Positions 9,635-19,926 of a stretch of 64,000 nt of DNA are shown here, piece after piece (position 1 is the stretch's first letter; each line of letters begins with the position of its first letter). The stretch is taken from assembly GCA_038257245.1 (NCBI GenBank), contig JBBSJL010000001.1:23776-87775 (forward strand), given 5' to 3'. The notes under the pieces are model-generated. The model did no database searches. It had not been told where the DNA came from and saw only the letters and a list, made by a program, of their open reading frames with translations. The translations under genes and the position numbers were made by a program. This DNA comes from Candidatus Saccharimonadales bacterium (GTDB lineage Bacteria > Patescibacteriota > Saccharimonadia > Saccharimonadales > JACQNP01).

Positions 9635-10816
9635 TCACTTTCTTATTAGTACCACTAGTTCACGTCCTACAAACTGATCCGGTCTATGATAGATTAGGTC
9701 AGCTTTGTTTGCATGAACAAAACTCTGACGAGTATACCCTAAATTATCGAGAGAATCAAGCGTTTTCAGGTGCATGAACCCGTTATTTGTCTTCCAGGCT
9801 GGGACGGCTATACATAATCGTATGCCGGCTTTGGTCTGAGAGGCCATGTTTTGGAGGAATTTCTTATGAATTACGTCACAATCATTTATGATTTTTTGCA
9901 TAACATTCGTGTCGGGCAGGGCAGTTAAGGGTCGGCCTAGATAAGTTTCGGTCGCAATAAAATCAAATTCCTTGGGCCAGGTCGCGTTTGTGGCATCTGC
10001 TTGCTCGGCATGCCAAGTAAACGAAGGAGGCAGAAGGAGTTTGGCAAACCAGTCAATATTCTCGTTGGTGTATTCAATCATTCTAGGTTCGAGATCGGTA
10101 CCGTAAGCATTGAATCCCATCAGCCCAGCTTCTTGCAAAATGACGCCAGTACCGCAAAATGGATCTAGCACTGTTGCCCCGTAGCGATTATTGCCAACAG
10201 AAGCCAAGTTGGTAATAATTTGTGCTAGCTTGGGCGGCAACATCCCAACCCTAGCATCTCTTTTTGGTCGCTTCTGGTCGCGGGCAGCGTAAGCATCTAT
10301 ATCCTGAACTTCTGTAGTTTGGGCTAGGATCGTCTCACTTCCATTTATAATCAATACAAGCTCCCAGCCTAGCGGGCTGGTTAGTTTGTTGTACAAAACT
10401 TGTGCAGAATTAAGCTGTGGAGCTTTGTTTGGAACAACTCTGACTGATTTACCTGCTTGTTTAATTACTTTTTTTACCGCAAGGGCAGAAGCGTTGATCT
10501 TTCTAGGGTTAATCGTCTTGCCGTAAACGCTAACACCTAAATGCAATTTACCCTCAGGCAGATATTTTAGGAATTGGGGTACCGTAGTAGTAATATATTC
10601 CTCTATTTTGCTCCACTCTGTGTAGGGTAAGGTCGTCAGGACTTTACAAACTTTCATGCTTCCTCCTAGTCTGGAAAAAGGAATATAACTTGGGTCATTG
10701 GTAGATCCTATTGCAAAATCACCAATACGAAAAATATTATCGGCACCAAGTAAACTTTCGAGCTCAGCGGTACCAATTTCTGGTTGTCTACCCAAGATAT
10801 AAACTGATTTCATCAT
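9635..10816 (-). CDS. class-I SAM-dependent (RNA?) methyltransferase with N-terminal THUMP/Trm11-like region
   Basis: 393 aa. SAM motif I VLDPFCGTGVILQEA followed by YGTDLEP. The substrate is not determinable from sequence alone. Confidence 0.55.
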   Translation of the reverse strand: MMKSVYILGRQPEIGTAELESLLGADNIFRIGDFAIGSTNDPSYIPFSRLGGSMKVCKVLTTLPYTEWSKIEEYITTTVPQFLKYLPEGKLHLGVSVYGKTINPRKINASALAVKKVIKQAGKSVRVVPNKAPQLNSAQVLYNKLTSPLGWELVLIINGSETILAQTTEVQDIDAYAARDQKRPKRDARVGMLPPKLAQIITNLASVGNNRYGATVLDPFCGTGVILQEAGLMGFNAYGTDLEPRMIEYTNENIDWFAKLLLPPSFTWHAEQADATNATWPKEFDFIATETYLGRPLTALPDTNVMQKIINDCDVIHKKFLQNMASQTKAGIRLCIAVPAWKTNNGFMHLKTLDSLDNLGYTRQSFVHANKADLIYHRPDQFVGRELVVLIRK

Positions 10817-10863
10817 CTAATAGTATACGGCTATAGCAAGATTTCGTATAATGTAATCAGAAT

Positions 10864-11913
10864 ATGGTTGAAAAGATTAAAAAACGAGGCTGGAAATCAG
10901 TCCTGACAGTAGTAACTATGCTAGCTTTAGCTGGACTTGCGTATTTTTTGCATGAACAAATATACGATACATATAGGAATATACAAAATGTGTATTATTG
11001 GGTCTTGTTTCTCATAATTCCATGGGAAATTCTTAACTACCACTCGCAGACTAAACTGTTTCAAGGGATATTTCATGTTATTAGGGTCAAAATTCCGTAT
11101 AAATTTATGTATAAAACAGCGCTGGAATTAAATTTTGTAAATACAGTTTTCCCGAGCGGTGGTGTGTCGGGTATTTCTTATTTTAGCTTACGTTTAAAAC
11201 CCAAGGGGGTTTCTACGGCTCAGTCTACATTGGTAAGTTTCATGAAGCTAATAGTTATTTTTGTATCGTTTCAGATACTTATGTTTATTGGCTTATTATT
11301 GCTGGCAATAGATGGCAAGGCAAGCGGTGTGCTGATTTTGATTGCCGGGTCGTTGGTAACGTTCATGGCATTTGGTACGTTCATGTTTGCATTTATTATC
11401 GGTAGCAAAAAGCGGATTAATGATTTCCTAATGTTTTTTACTAGGATAGCTAACAGGTTAGTGCATATTTTTAGCAAGAAAAGGGAAACAATAAATACTA
11501 AACGAGCAGAAGCAGTATTTTCTGAAATACACGAACAATATATGCAGATAAAATCGAATTTACGTGAATTAAAGCAACCATTAATGTATGGCTTGCTTGC
11601 AAATCTAGCAGAAATCCTAGTGATCTACACAGTTTATGTCGCATTTGGTCAATGGGTTAACCCAGGAGCGATAATTATTGCATATGCTGTGGCAAATTTT
11701 GCGGGGCTAATATCGGTGTTACCTGGAGGTGTTGGAATTTATGAAGTGTTAATGACGGCTGTGTTGGCCGCTGGTGGCATACCTGCGAGCCTAAGTTTAC
11801 CGGTAACAGTAATGTACAGAATACTCAACATGTCTATTCAATTGCCCCCAGGTTATATTCTTTATCACAAGGCAATAAACCAGGATCCCGATGTCGCACT
11901 TAACAAAAAGTAA
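10864..11913 (+). CDS. polytopic membrane protein (UPF0104 / lysyl-PG-synthase-TM-region-like)
   Basis: 349 aa, ~8 predicted TM helices, basic cytoplasmic loop in the middle. The family call is by overall pattern only. Confidence 0.45.
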   Translation: MVEKIKKRGWKSVLTVVTMLALAGLAYFLHEQIYDTYRNIQNVYYWVLFLIIPWEILNYHSQTKLFQGIFHVIRVKIPYKFMYKTALELNFVNTVFPSGGVSGISYFSLRLKPKGVSTAQSTLVSFMKLIVIFVSFQILMFIGLLLLAIDGKASGVLILIAGSLVTFMAFGTFMFAFIIGSKKRINDFLMFFTRIANRLVHIFSKKRETINTKRAEAVFSEIHEQYMQIKSNLRELKQPLMYGLLANLAEILVIYTVYVAFGQWVNPGAIIIAYAVANFAGLISVLPGGVGIYEVLMTAVLAAGGIPASLSLPVTVMYRILNMSIQLPPGYILYHKAINQDPDVALNKK

Positions 11914-13051
11914 CGATTATCAAAACAACCAAGTTTGGTCGGTCAGTGATTTCGTTGCTATATTTAACCAAACGATAGAATATGCGTATCCGTTTGTTAG
12001 TATTCAGGGTGAGCTGACTAACTTTAAAGTAAGTAAGAATAAATGGGTATATTTCGATCTAAAAGACGAAAATTCAAGTGTGAGGTTCTTCGGAACAATA
12101 TATGGCCTACCCGGCCCATTAGAAGACGGAATGTTGGTCAAGGTAAATGGTAGCCCAAGACTACATCCACAATTTGGGTTCAGTGTTTCGGTCCAGTCAA
12201 TTCATCCAGTAGGTGAGGGTGAAATAAAAAAGGCTGCCGATTTATTGCAGGCCAAATTACAAAAAGAAGGCTTATTCGAGGTATCGCGAAAACGCCCAAT
12301 ACCGTATCCGCCAACAAAAGTCGGGCTTGTAGCATCTTCAGAATCGGCGGCTTTTCATGATTTTATGAAAATATTAAATCACAGATGGACAGGAGTTGAT
12401 ATTCGATTAATCGATGTACAAGTACAAGGCGAGTCTGCACCTGGACAAATCGTAGGCGCAATCAGCGAACTAAACGCAACAGATGTGGAAGTGATTATTG
12501 TAACTCGTGGTGGGGGAAGCCCCGAAGACCTAGCTGCATTTAATCATGAAGTAGTTGTCCGGGCAGTGGCAACTAGCCGTATACCCACTGTGGTAGCTAT
12601 TGGTCACGAGGTTGACACATGTTTAGCTGAGTTGGCGGCCGACAAGCGTGCGAGTACTCCCAGCAACGCTGCAGAATTATTAGTTCCTGATAAAAAGTGG
12701 GAACTGGCAAATATTGAACAAATTTCTGATGAGCTAAACAGACTAATGAGCGTACATTTACTTAACCATAAAGATGCAGTACAGCAATCTGCAAAATTTT
12801 TAGATTCATCTCTTGAGCAGATGGTTGAAGCAGCCAAAAAAGAGGTAATGTCTGTAGGCAGCTTACTAAATAGCCTGAGCCCAAAAAATATACTAAATCG
12901 CGGGTATGCTTTAGTCAGATCTGAGGATGGAACATTGATCAGTAATATCAAGAAACTTAAGATAGGTGATAAGATAGCAATTGAACTTAGCGATGGTAAC
13001 GTCGCTGCAAAAATTATAGGAAGGACAAATAATGCCAAATTCAAAAAATAG
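11891..13051 (+). CDS. xseA: exodeoxyribonuclease VII large subunit
   Basis: 386 aa. N-terminal OB-fold (VSIQGELTNFKVS), catalytic core (IIVTRGGGSPEDL, IGHEVD). Overlaps xseB. Confidence 0.9.
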   Translation: MSHLTKSNDYQNNQVWSVSDFVAIFNQTIEYAYPFVSIQGELTNFKVSKNKWVYFDLKDENSSVRFFGTIYGLPGPLEDGMLVKVNGSPRLHPQFGFSVSVQSIHPVGEGEIKKAADLLQAKLQKEGLFEVSRKRPIPYPPTKVGLVASSESAAFHDFMKILNHRWTGVDIRLIDVQVQGESAPGQIVGAISELNATDVEVIIVTRGGGSPEDLAAFNHEVVVRAVATSRIPTVVAIGHEVDTCLAELAADKRASTPSNAAELLVPDKKWELANIEQISDELNRLMSVHLLNHKDAVQQSAKFLDSSLEQMVEAAKKEVMSVGSLLNSLSPKNILNRGYALVRSEDGTLISNIKKLKIGDKIAIELSDGNVAAKIIGRTNNAKFKK

Positions 13052-13226
13052 CTACAGAGATTTGCGGCAAGAACTGGATAACATTGTGGAGCAGCTACAA
13101 CAGGGCAACACAGAAGATATTGATAACGCTTTCAAACAATATGAACGAGGACAACTGTTAGTCAAGGAACTTTCACAATATCTTAAGGAAACTGAGAACA
13201 AGTTAAATAAGATTTCAAATAAATAG
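13032..13226 (+). CDS. xseB: exodeoxyribonuclease VII small subunit
   Basis: 64-aa helical protein (LDNIVEQLQQGN..DIDNAFKQYERGQLLVKEL). Overlaps the xseA 3' end by 20 nt. Confidence 0.85.
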   Translation: MPNSKNSYRDLRQELDNIVEQLQQGNTEDIDNAFKQYERGQLLVKELSQYLKETENKLNKISNK

Positions 13227-13234
13227 GATAAGTT

Positions 13235-13735
13235 TTGTTGCATACTTTATGGTTAACGACAGTCGTTTTATGTTTTATCGGGTTTGTTTGTTTTGTGTTT
13301 GTTATTGCTTATGGAGCTCCATTCTTGCCAACGCTAAAACCCCAGGTAGCCAAAGCACTAGACCTAATTGACCTAAAACCTGGGCAAACCTTATTAGAAC
13401 TAGGCAGTGGTGATGGGCGAATCATGGTAGAAGCCGCTAAGAGGGGTATTAATAGCATAGGTTATGAATTAAACCCATTACTTATCCTATATTCATTATG
13501 GCTGACGCGTAAATACAGAGACAAGATTACGATTAAGATGGCTAATTTTTGGAAGGTTCAGTTACCCAAGGCGGACGGGGTCTTTGTTTTCCTACTCACA
13601 CCTTATATGCAAAAGTTAGATGAAAAGATAAGTACTGAAAACCAGTCAAGACTAAAGCTTATAAGTTTTGCTTTTGCAATTCCAGGTAAAAAACCATCAA
13701 AAACCAGCGACGGATTATTTTTGTATAAGTACTAA
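13235..13735 (+). CDS. small membrane-anchored class-I SAM methyltransferase
   Basis: TTG start, N-terminal TM helix, SAM motif I LLELGSGDGRI. Confidence 0.6.
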   Translation: MLHTLWLTTVVLCFIGFVCFVFVIAYGAPFLPTLKPQVAKALDLIDLKPGQTLLELGSGDGRIMVEAAKRGINSIGYELNPLLILYSLWLTRKYRDKITIKMANFWKVQLPKADGVFVFLLTPYMQKLDEKISTENQSRLKLISFAFAIPGKKPSKTSDGLFLYKY

Positions 13736-13775
13736 AGTATTGCACAACTGATCATTTGGCATTATCATAAGCACT

Positions 13776-14522
13776 ATGCCTCCAAATACGCCGCAAACGC
13801 CGACGTCTAATCCTGTGGGTGGGATGCCACAAAATCAACAACCGCTGCAAGGTCCGTTGATGTCACCCCCAAAACGGAAGAATAATACACTTCTAGTAGC
13901 CCTCGTTGTCGCTAGTGTATTCTTTATAATTAGTTTAATTTTTGCCATTTGGTCATTTATGGGAATGCAAAAATATAAAAACAACTCCGATGAAATTGTG
14001 GCTGTTGAAGTAGAAAAAACAAAACAAGAAACCGCAACCCAAAAAGATAATGAGTTTCTTGAAAAAGAGAAGACGCCATACAGGAACTACACCAGTTCGG
14101 ATGTTCTGGCTTCTATTAAGTTTGACTATCCTAAAACATGGTCGGCATTTATAGAGGAGGACAAGAATACTAATTCGGGTACCCCTCTTAACGGATATTT
14201 GCATCCTAATTTTGTGCCCGCTGTAGACTCAGGTACCGATTTTGCCTTACGTATAGAAGTAATTAGTCGACCATATAGTGATTCTTTGAAGGAACTTGAA
14301 AGCAAGGTAAAACAAGGGAAGATAAAAATTGCACCATATTCACTAGCGAAAGTCCCAACGGTTTTGGGTGTTAGAGCCAGTGGAGAGATAAATAAAGGAC
14401 AAAACGACACAATGGTCATGCTACCGATAAGAGACAAGACCTTAAAAGTTTATACAGAATCACAACAATTTGTACCTGATCTCGATAAAATTATTTTAGC
14501 TTCTCTGACATTTGTTCCGTAG
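13776..14522 (+). CDS. hypothetical membrane-anchored extracytoplasmic protein
   Basis: 248 aa. P/Q-rich N-terminus, a single TM helix (LLVALVVASVFFIISLIFAIW), then a ~170-aa beta-rich ectodomain. Confidence 0.6.
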   Translation: MPPNTPQTPTSNPVGGMPQNQQPLQGPLMSPPKRKNNTLLVALVVASVFFIISLIFAIWSFMGMQKYKNNSDEIVAVEVEKTKQETATQKDNEFLEKEKTPYRNYTSSDVLASIKFDYPKTWSAFIEEDKNTNSGTPLNGYLHPNFVPAVDSGTDFALRIEVISRPYSDSLKELESKVKQGKIKIAPYSLAKVPTVLGVRASGEINKGQNDTMVMLPIRDKTLKVYTESQQFVPDLDKIILASLTFVP

Positions 14523-14572
14523 TCAGTGATATACTACTTATTATAGACAGATAGGAGGGTAGTTCTTAAGTT

Positions 14573-15265
14573 ATGGTAGCAAATCACAGTTTTGATGATG
14601 GGCGCCTTTTAAGAGCACTAGCGGAACAGCTGAAGTTGCCGTTAATACAGATAGCAAGACTTGCTGAGCTAGGAGTGGGTGACAAAGAATCCATAGAACA
14701 GATTCTCCATACATCAGATATGGCAATTCAATTAATAGACGGGTTGTTACTGAGTAATGATATTCATGCTCAGCAAACGCTAGGGCTCGAACCAGTTTCA
14801 GTTAGTTCCGTACTACTGGCGGCTACTGAAGATCTTCGTCATCATGCTAAAAACTACGGGTGTGAGGTCGAGCTTGATGTAGGTGGCCGATTTGCGCCTG
14901 TTATGGGTAACTTTAGGGCACTAAGAACTGCATTTACAACACTGGGTTATTCAATGATAGAAGCACAAACCCAAGAATTGAATAACAAGATAGTCTTGTC
15001 GGTCCATTTAGGCAATAAGGGTATTGTTGCAGGAGTTTTTGGTGGCAGTAATGAAATTACTAAAGACGCATTTAAACGTGCAAAGGCACTAATGGGTTCA
15101 GCAAAACAGCCGTTTGTGTCAAAGAGCTCATCGTCCGCAGCTGGAATATTTATAGCTGATTCGTTATTTAGTGTTATTGCATCTCAGCTTCAGGTTGCTA
15201 AACATAACAAACTTTCGGGGCTGACTACCACGCTAACTCCTAGCCAACAATTAAAACTGGTCTAA
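14573..15265 (+). CDS. degenerate histidine-kinase-like protein (pseudo-HK, no TM/sensor)
   Basis: 230 aa collinear with DHp+CA domains, but the H-box reads ALAEQLKLPL (no His). The N-box region is GNFRALRTAFTTLGYSMIE and the G-boxes are degenerate (SSSAAGIFIADS). Confidence 0.5.
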   Translation: MVANHSFDDGRLLRALAEQLKLPLIQIARLAELGVGDKESIEQILHTSDMAIQLIDGLLLSNDIHAQQTLGLEPVSVSSVLLAATEDLRHHAKNYGCEVELDVGGRFAPVMGNFRALRTAFTTLGYSMIEAQTQELNNKIVLSVHLGNKGIVAGVFGGSNEITKDAFKRAKALMGSAKQPFVSKSSSSAAGIFIADSLFSVIASQLQVAKHNKLSGLTTTLTPSQQLKLV

Positions 15266-15269
15266 GCAG

Positions 15270-15650
15270 ATGAAAGTTCTACTGATTGAACCCGACAAAG
15301 TACTAAGGCAAATATATATTCAGGCATTTGAAGACCAAAACATTATAGTTAGTGCCTGTGCTAGTTCACAAGAAGCCGTGACTATACTCGAGGACTTTTT
15401 TGCAGATGTCATCGTTACTGAACTGCAGATTGCAGAACATAACGGGGTAGAGTTAATACACGAAATTCGTAGTTACCTCGAATGGCAAGACATACCAATA
15501 GTCATCAATTCAATAATCCCTCACAGCAACGTTGCTATTAATAATGCCGTGATGAAGCAACTTAACATCACAGATTATATGTATAAAGCAGTAACTAGTT
15601 TGCAAAAATTAATTTCTGTTACCGAACAGGCTTGTTACGAAAAAGCATGA
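15270..15650 (+). CDS. pseudo-receiver protein (phospho-Asp replaced by Glu)
   Basis: 126 aa with receiver-fold pattern. LLIEPD replaces the DD pocket. ADVIVTELQIAEHNG has Glu where the phospho-accepting Asp is expected. Conserved Lys retained (DYMYKA). Confidence 0.55.
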   Translation: MKVLLIEPDKVLRQIYIQAFEDQNIIVSACASSQEAVTILEDFFADVIVTELQIAEHNGVELIHEIRSYLEWQDIPIVINSIIPHSNVAINNAVMKQLNITDYMYKAVTSLQKLISVTEQACYEKA

Positions 15651-16348
15651 AACATCGAACCACTAAAGTTATTATATTAAAACGTACAAATTTTAAAGAA
15701 GCAGATAGGATATTGACTTTACTCAGTGATGAATGGGGTAAGATAAAAGTTATCGCTAAAGGTGTCCGAAAACAAAAATCAAAATTAGCGGGGGGTCTAG
15801 AATTACTTAGCGTGAGTGAAGTTAGCTATATTATCGGCAAGTCAGAAATATATACATTGACATCAAGCAGGCTAGTCAAGCATTATCAAGAAGTAGTCAA
15901 TGATATCGATAGAACGATGATAGCTTATTCTCTTATTAACAAGGTATATAAGCTCTCAGAAGATCATACAGGTCAAGAATTCTTTACATTACTTGATCAG
16001 TCACTTGTAGCATTGAATGATCAGATTGATTTGCGGCTGGTTGAGTCATGGTTTAACATTCAACTCCTTAAGCTTACAGGCCACACACCTAACTTGGTTA
16101 CCGATATAGATAACAAACCTCTCAAACAAGGGATGGAATATGCTTTTGATACGGATAAAATGTTGTTTAATCAAAATACAGCCGGTAAATATTCTGATAA
16201 TCACATAAAACTAACGCGTTTGCTGCTGAAAGTTGAAACTTGTGACAGGCTAAAACCTTTAACAGGATTAACAGAATATTTTGATTTAATGTTAAGGTTA
16301 TCCAAGCAGCTTGTAGGGCTAAATTTACGGCTAGAGTCAGACAATTAG
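15647..16348 (+). CDS. recO: DNA repair protein RecO
   Basis: The ATG at 15647 overlaps the upstream TGA (ATGA). N-terminal OB-fold pattern (VIILKRTNFKEADRILTLLSDEWGKIKVIAKGVRK) is typical of RecO. Confidence 0.85.
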   Translation: MKHRTTKVIILKRTNFKEADRILTLLSDEWGKIKVIAKGVRKQKSKLAGGLELLSVSEVSYIIGKSEIYTLTSSRLVKHYQEVVNDIDRTMIAYSLINKVYKLSEDHTGQEFFTLLDQSLVALNDQIDLRLVESWFNIQLLKLTGHTPNLVTDIDNKPLKQGMEYAFDTDKMLFNQNTAGKYSDNHIKLTRLLLKVETCDRLKPLTGLTEYFDLMLRLSKQLVGLNLRLESDN

Positions 16349-16409
16349 ATTGTGTAATTATTTCTCATAGGGCTATCGTACTAGTCCTTCTAGGTGGTAA
16401 CATATATAA

Positions 16410-17621
16410 ATGCAGGGGATCAATATCTATGTAGTTACTATATTAATAAGTAGCTTAATAATTCTTTCATATCTTTACATAGTTTTATCACGTAGAACAA
16501 AAATACCCACTGTTTTGATGCTGATATTAACAGGGGTGATTATCCGCCAGTTGTTTGTAACTTTTGGAATCAATGTCGATATACCTAATGAGGCAGTAGA
16601 GTTTATTGGTATTGTTGGTCTTATAATGATTGTTCTAGAAGCTGGACTTGATCTTAAATATTCGAAAATCAAAAAGGATCTTATCAAAAATGCTTTGTTG
16701 TCTTCGATTTTTGCACTAGTCTTGTCAGTAATTGGGGTGACATTATTACTGCATTGGCAGCTTGGACAGTCTTGGTTAAGTAGTGTAGTTTATGCAATAC
16801 CACTGTCAGTAATGAGTAGTGCGATCATTATATCAAGCAGTAAAGAACTAACTGAGCGAAAAAGGGAATTCCTAGCATATGAATCATCATTTTCTGACAT
16901 AATTGGGATTTTGATATTCGACTACTTCATAACAACTACAGTATTTTCAGTCCAATCAATGCTACCAGTTGCAATAGGGATTGTGTTTGCAATAGGGCTA
17001 TCGGTATTATTTTCAATTATTTTGGTTTGGGTGCTTAGTAAAAGCACGATAAACATTAAGTTCTATCTAATGTTCGCTACATTGTTTTTGATATATTCCA
17101 TGGGCAAGTTGTTGCACTTGCCAGCGTTGCTGATTATGCTGATTTTTGGTTTGATTCTAAATAACTGGTCAAAACTAAAGCATCCTTATCTAAAAAACCT
17201 AGTCCCGAACGATAAGATATCTGAAACCAGAAATTTACTAAAGCAAATTACAGCCGAGACAGCATTCCTTGTTCGTACACTGTTTTTTGTATTATTTGGC
17301 TACAGCATAGAGATAGGTGGGTTAATCAGCAGAGAGGTATTTGTAACTGGCTCGCTAGTTGTCGTTATTTTGTATGTTGTTAGATATCTATATCTCAAGA
17401 TATTCGTGACGCAACATGTCGTTCCAGAGATATTCTATGCCCCAAGAGGTTTGGTCACGATACTATTATTCTATAAAATTCCAGATTATTTAAGATTGGG
17501 TGAGTTTAATGACGGAATAATATTTTTTGTTATCTTGGTTACAAGTTTGATAATGATGCTGGGTGCTATGTTCCTGACACCAGAAGACGCGATGGATCCA
17601 AAGCTTAACGGCAAAATATAA
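16410..17621 (+). CDS. cation:proton antiporter (Na+/H+ exchanger family)
   Basis: 403 aa, ~11 TM helices, CPA-type pattern. The very A+T-rich coding sequence is typical of membrane genes here. Confidence 0.7.
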   Translation: MQGINIYVVTILISSLIILSYLYIVLSRRTKIPTVLMLILTGVIIRQLFVTFGINVDIPNEAVEFIGIVGLIMIVLEAGLDLKYSKIKKDLIKNALLSSIFALVLSVIGVTLLLHWQLGQSWLSSVVYAIPLSVMSSAIIISSSKELTERKREFLAYESSFSDIIGILIFDYFITTTVFSVQSMLPVAIGIVFAIGLSVLFSIILVWVLSKSTINIKFYLMFATLFLIYSMGKLLHLPALLIMLIFGLILNNWSKLKHPYLKNLVPNDKISETRNLLKQITAETAFLVRTLFFVLFGYSIEIGGLISREVFVTGSLVVVILYVVRYLYLKIFVTQHVVPEIFYAPRGLVTILLFYKIPDYLRLGEFNDGIIFFVILVTSLIMMLGAMFLTPEDAMDPKLNGKI

Positions 17622-17660
17622 TTCATCTATTGAAGTAGGCTGTCTGTTATAATTAACATA

Positions 17661-19031
17661 ATGAGTAAAGAAAAATCAGAAGTTTCTATGGAAGATATTG
17701 TTTCTCTTTGTAAAAGACGTGGGTTTGTATTCCAGGGCTCTGAAATATATGGCGGGTTGTCTGGTACTTGGGATTACGGACCATTAGGTGTTCAACTGAA
17801 GCGGAACTTAGTCGACATTTGGTGGAAGAAGTTTGTCGATGAGCGCGATGATATGTATGCCGTTGATGCAGCAATACTAATGAATCAAAGAACGTGGCAG
17901 GCTAGCGGACACGTAGATACCTTTAACGATCCTATGATCGAAGACGTCAAAACACACGAGCGATTCAGGCTTGATCATATCCTAGAAGACAATGATGTAG
18001 ATCCTGAAGGCATGAGCCTAGACCAAATGGCAGAAACTATAAATCAAAAAGGTATTAAGAGCCATAGCGGAAATGAGCTAGGGAACGCGGCCCAATTTAA
18101 TCTGATGTTCAAAACGCAGGTTGGGCCCGCGAGTGACGAATCTTCAATTAGTTATCTGCGGCCGGAAACGGCCCAGGGTATTTTTGTTAACTTCAAAAAT
18201 GTTGTGGATACGTTTTATCCAGATTTGCCATTTGGTATCGGCCAGGTAGGTAAGGCTTTTCGTAACGAAATTAGCCCACGGGATTTTATATTTCGATTAC
18301 GCGAAATGGAGCAGATGGAAGTAGAATATTTTGTTCAACCTGAGGATTGGGAATCTGCATTTGAGGATTGGCGTAATACAATAAATAACTTCTATGAATT
18401 CATCGGACTTCCAAAGTCCAAAATTCATGAACACGAAATTGGTGATGAAGACAGAGCCCATTATAGTAAGCGTACGATAGACTTTGAATTTGACTTTCCA
18501 TTTGGACGAAAAGAGTTAATGGGGTTAGCATATCGTACAGATTACGATTTATTGAAGCATCAAGAATATTCAGGAAAGAACCTAGAGTATAGACTTAAAG
18601 ATGGCAGTAAGTCGCTTGTACCGCATGTAATTGAACCTTCTATGGGTATGGAACGCCTGTTGCTGGCGGTATTAGTGAGCGCGTACACTATAGATGAAGT
18701 TAATGGGGATAAGAGAGTATTCCTTAAGCTATCAAAAGACATTGCTCCAGTAAGACTTGCAGTATCACCGTTATTAAAGAACAAGTCTGAACTAGTTGAT
18801 AAAGCCAGAGAAGTTTACGTAATGCTCAAACGGGAGTTTGGGAACGTCATGTGGGACGATAACGGCAATATTGGAAAACGTTATCGCCGTCAGGATGAAA
18901 TAGGCACACCTAGCTGTGTGATTATTGACTTTGATACGCTTGAAGACGACGCAGTGACAATACGTGATCGAGACACAACCGAACAGAAACGCGTTAAAAT
19001 TGCCGACTTAATTTCTACGATTGGGGTTTAA
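17661..19031 (+). CDS. glyQS: glycine--tRNA ligase (homodimeric class II type)
   Basis: 456 aa. N-terminus EDIVSLCKRRGFVFQGSEIYGG, class-II motifs (FRNEISPR, GMERL) and a C-terminal anticodon-binding domain. Confidence 0.95.
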   Translation: MSKEKSEVSMEDIVSLCKRRGFVFQGSEIYGGLSGTWDYGPLGVQLKRNLVDIWWKKFVDERDDMYAVDAAILMNQRTWQASGHVDTFNDPMIEDVKTHERFRLDHILEDNDVDPEGMSLDQMAETINQKGIKSHSGNELGNAAQFNLMFKTQVGPASDESSISYLRPETAQGIFVNFKNVVDTFYPDLPFGIGQVGKAFRNEISPRDFIFRLREMEQMEVEYFVQPEDWESAFEDWRNTINNFYEFIGLPKSKIHEHEIGDEDRAHYSKRTIDFEFDFPFGRKELMGLAYRTDYDLLKHQEYSGKNLEYRLKDGSKSLVPHVIEPSMGMERLLLAVLVSAYTIDEVNGDKRVFLKLSKDIAPVRLAVSPLLKNKSELVDKAREVYVMLKREFGNVMWDDNGNIGKRYRRQDEIGTPSCVIIDFDTLEDDAVTIRDRDTTEQKRVKIADLISTIGV

Positions 19032-19610
19032 GTGAGGTTGTCTAAACCAACCACTGAAAAAACAAACTACGCATACGTTGATAGTCAGAATTTGAATCTG
19101 GGTATTCAAAAAATGGGCTGGAAGATGGACTGGAAAAAGTTCCGTGAATATCTACGAAATGAATTTGACGTTGGGGTCGCATATCTTTTTATTGGCTATA
19201 TGGCAGAGAACGCGCAAATGTATGAGCAGCTGCACGAAGTAGGTTATTTAATTGTACTAAAGCCGACTGTGGGAATGCTTAATCCAGTTACCGATCAGGC
19301 CGATGATGGCGAAGATAAAGAAAAGAAGGTGCCAATAAAAGGTAATATAGATGCCGAACTAGTTTTATACGCCATGAAAGACATGCCAAAATACAAAAAA
19401 GCGATTATTGTTTCGGGAGATGGTGATTTTTATTGTCTTGCGGAATATTTGGCCGAAAAGAAGCGCTTATTACATATTATGGCTCCGAACTGGCAATACT
19501 CATCTCTTCTAAAACCATACGAAGACTATATTATTCGTCTAGACAAATTACGAAAAACTCTAGAACACAAAACATACAGGAATCGTAGTAAAGCCAAGGA
19601 ATCAAAGTAA
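19032..19610 (+). CDS. NYN-domain (LabA-like) protein
   Basis: GTG start directly after the glyQS stop. YVDSQNLNLG N-terminal motif and VSGDGDFYCL acidic motif of NYN/LabA ribonuclease-like domains. Confidence 0.65.
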   Translation: MRLSKPTTEKTNYAYVDSQNLNLGIQKMGWKMDWKKFREYLRNEFDVGVAYLFIGYMAENAQMYEQLHEVGYLIVLKPTVGMLNPVTDQADDGEDKEKKVPIKGNIDAELVLYAMKDMPKYKKAIIVSGDGDFYCLAEYLAEKKRLLHIMAPNWQYSSLLKPYEDYIIRLDKLRKTLEHKTYRNRSKAKESK

Positions 19611-19615
19611 CGATA

Positions 19616-19870
19616 ATGAGTAATATTGAAATACGAGTTTTGGAAATCGAAGAGCGGAATCAAAAGGTTGAGCTAGATAAGGCATGGGAAACTAGCTGGA
19701 CCAGACGACTTTCAATTTCAACGCTGACATATTTTGTTGTTTTGATTTACATGATAGCGATCGGGAATGATCGATCTTACGTAAACGCCTTAGTACCATC
19801 AGTCGGATTTTTATTATCAACTTTGTTACTACCCTGGGTAAAGGATATTTGGCAAAAAATGTCTAAGTGA
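19616..19870 (+). CDS. small two-TM membrane protein
   Basis: 84 aa. Charged N-terminal helix followed by two hydrophobic helices. Confidence 0.5.
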   Translation: MSNIEIRVLEIEERNQKVELDKAWETSWTRRLSISTLTYFVVLIYMIAIGNDRSYVNALVPSVGFLLSTLLLPWVKDIWQKMSK

Positions 19871-19926
19871 TTAGTGGGCTTAAAAGATTATCCTGATACA
19901 ATTAGCATACTGGAAGGGGAGTTTGG

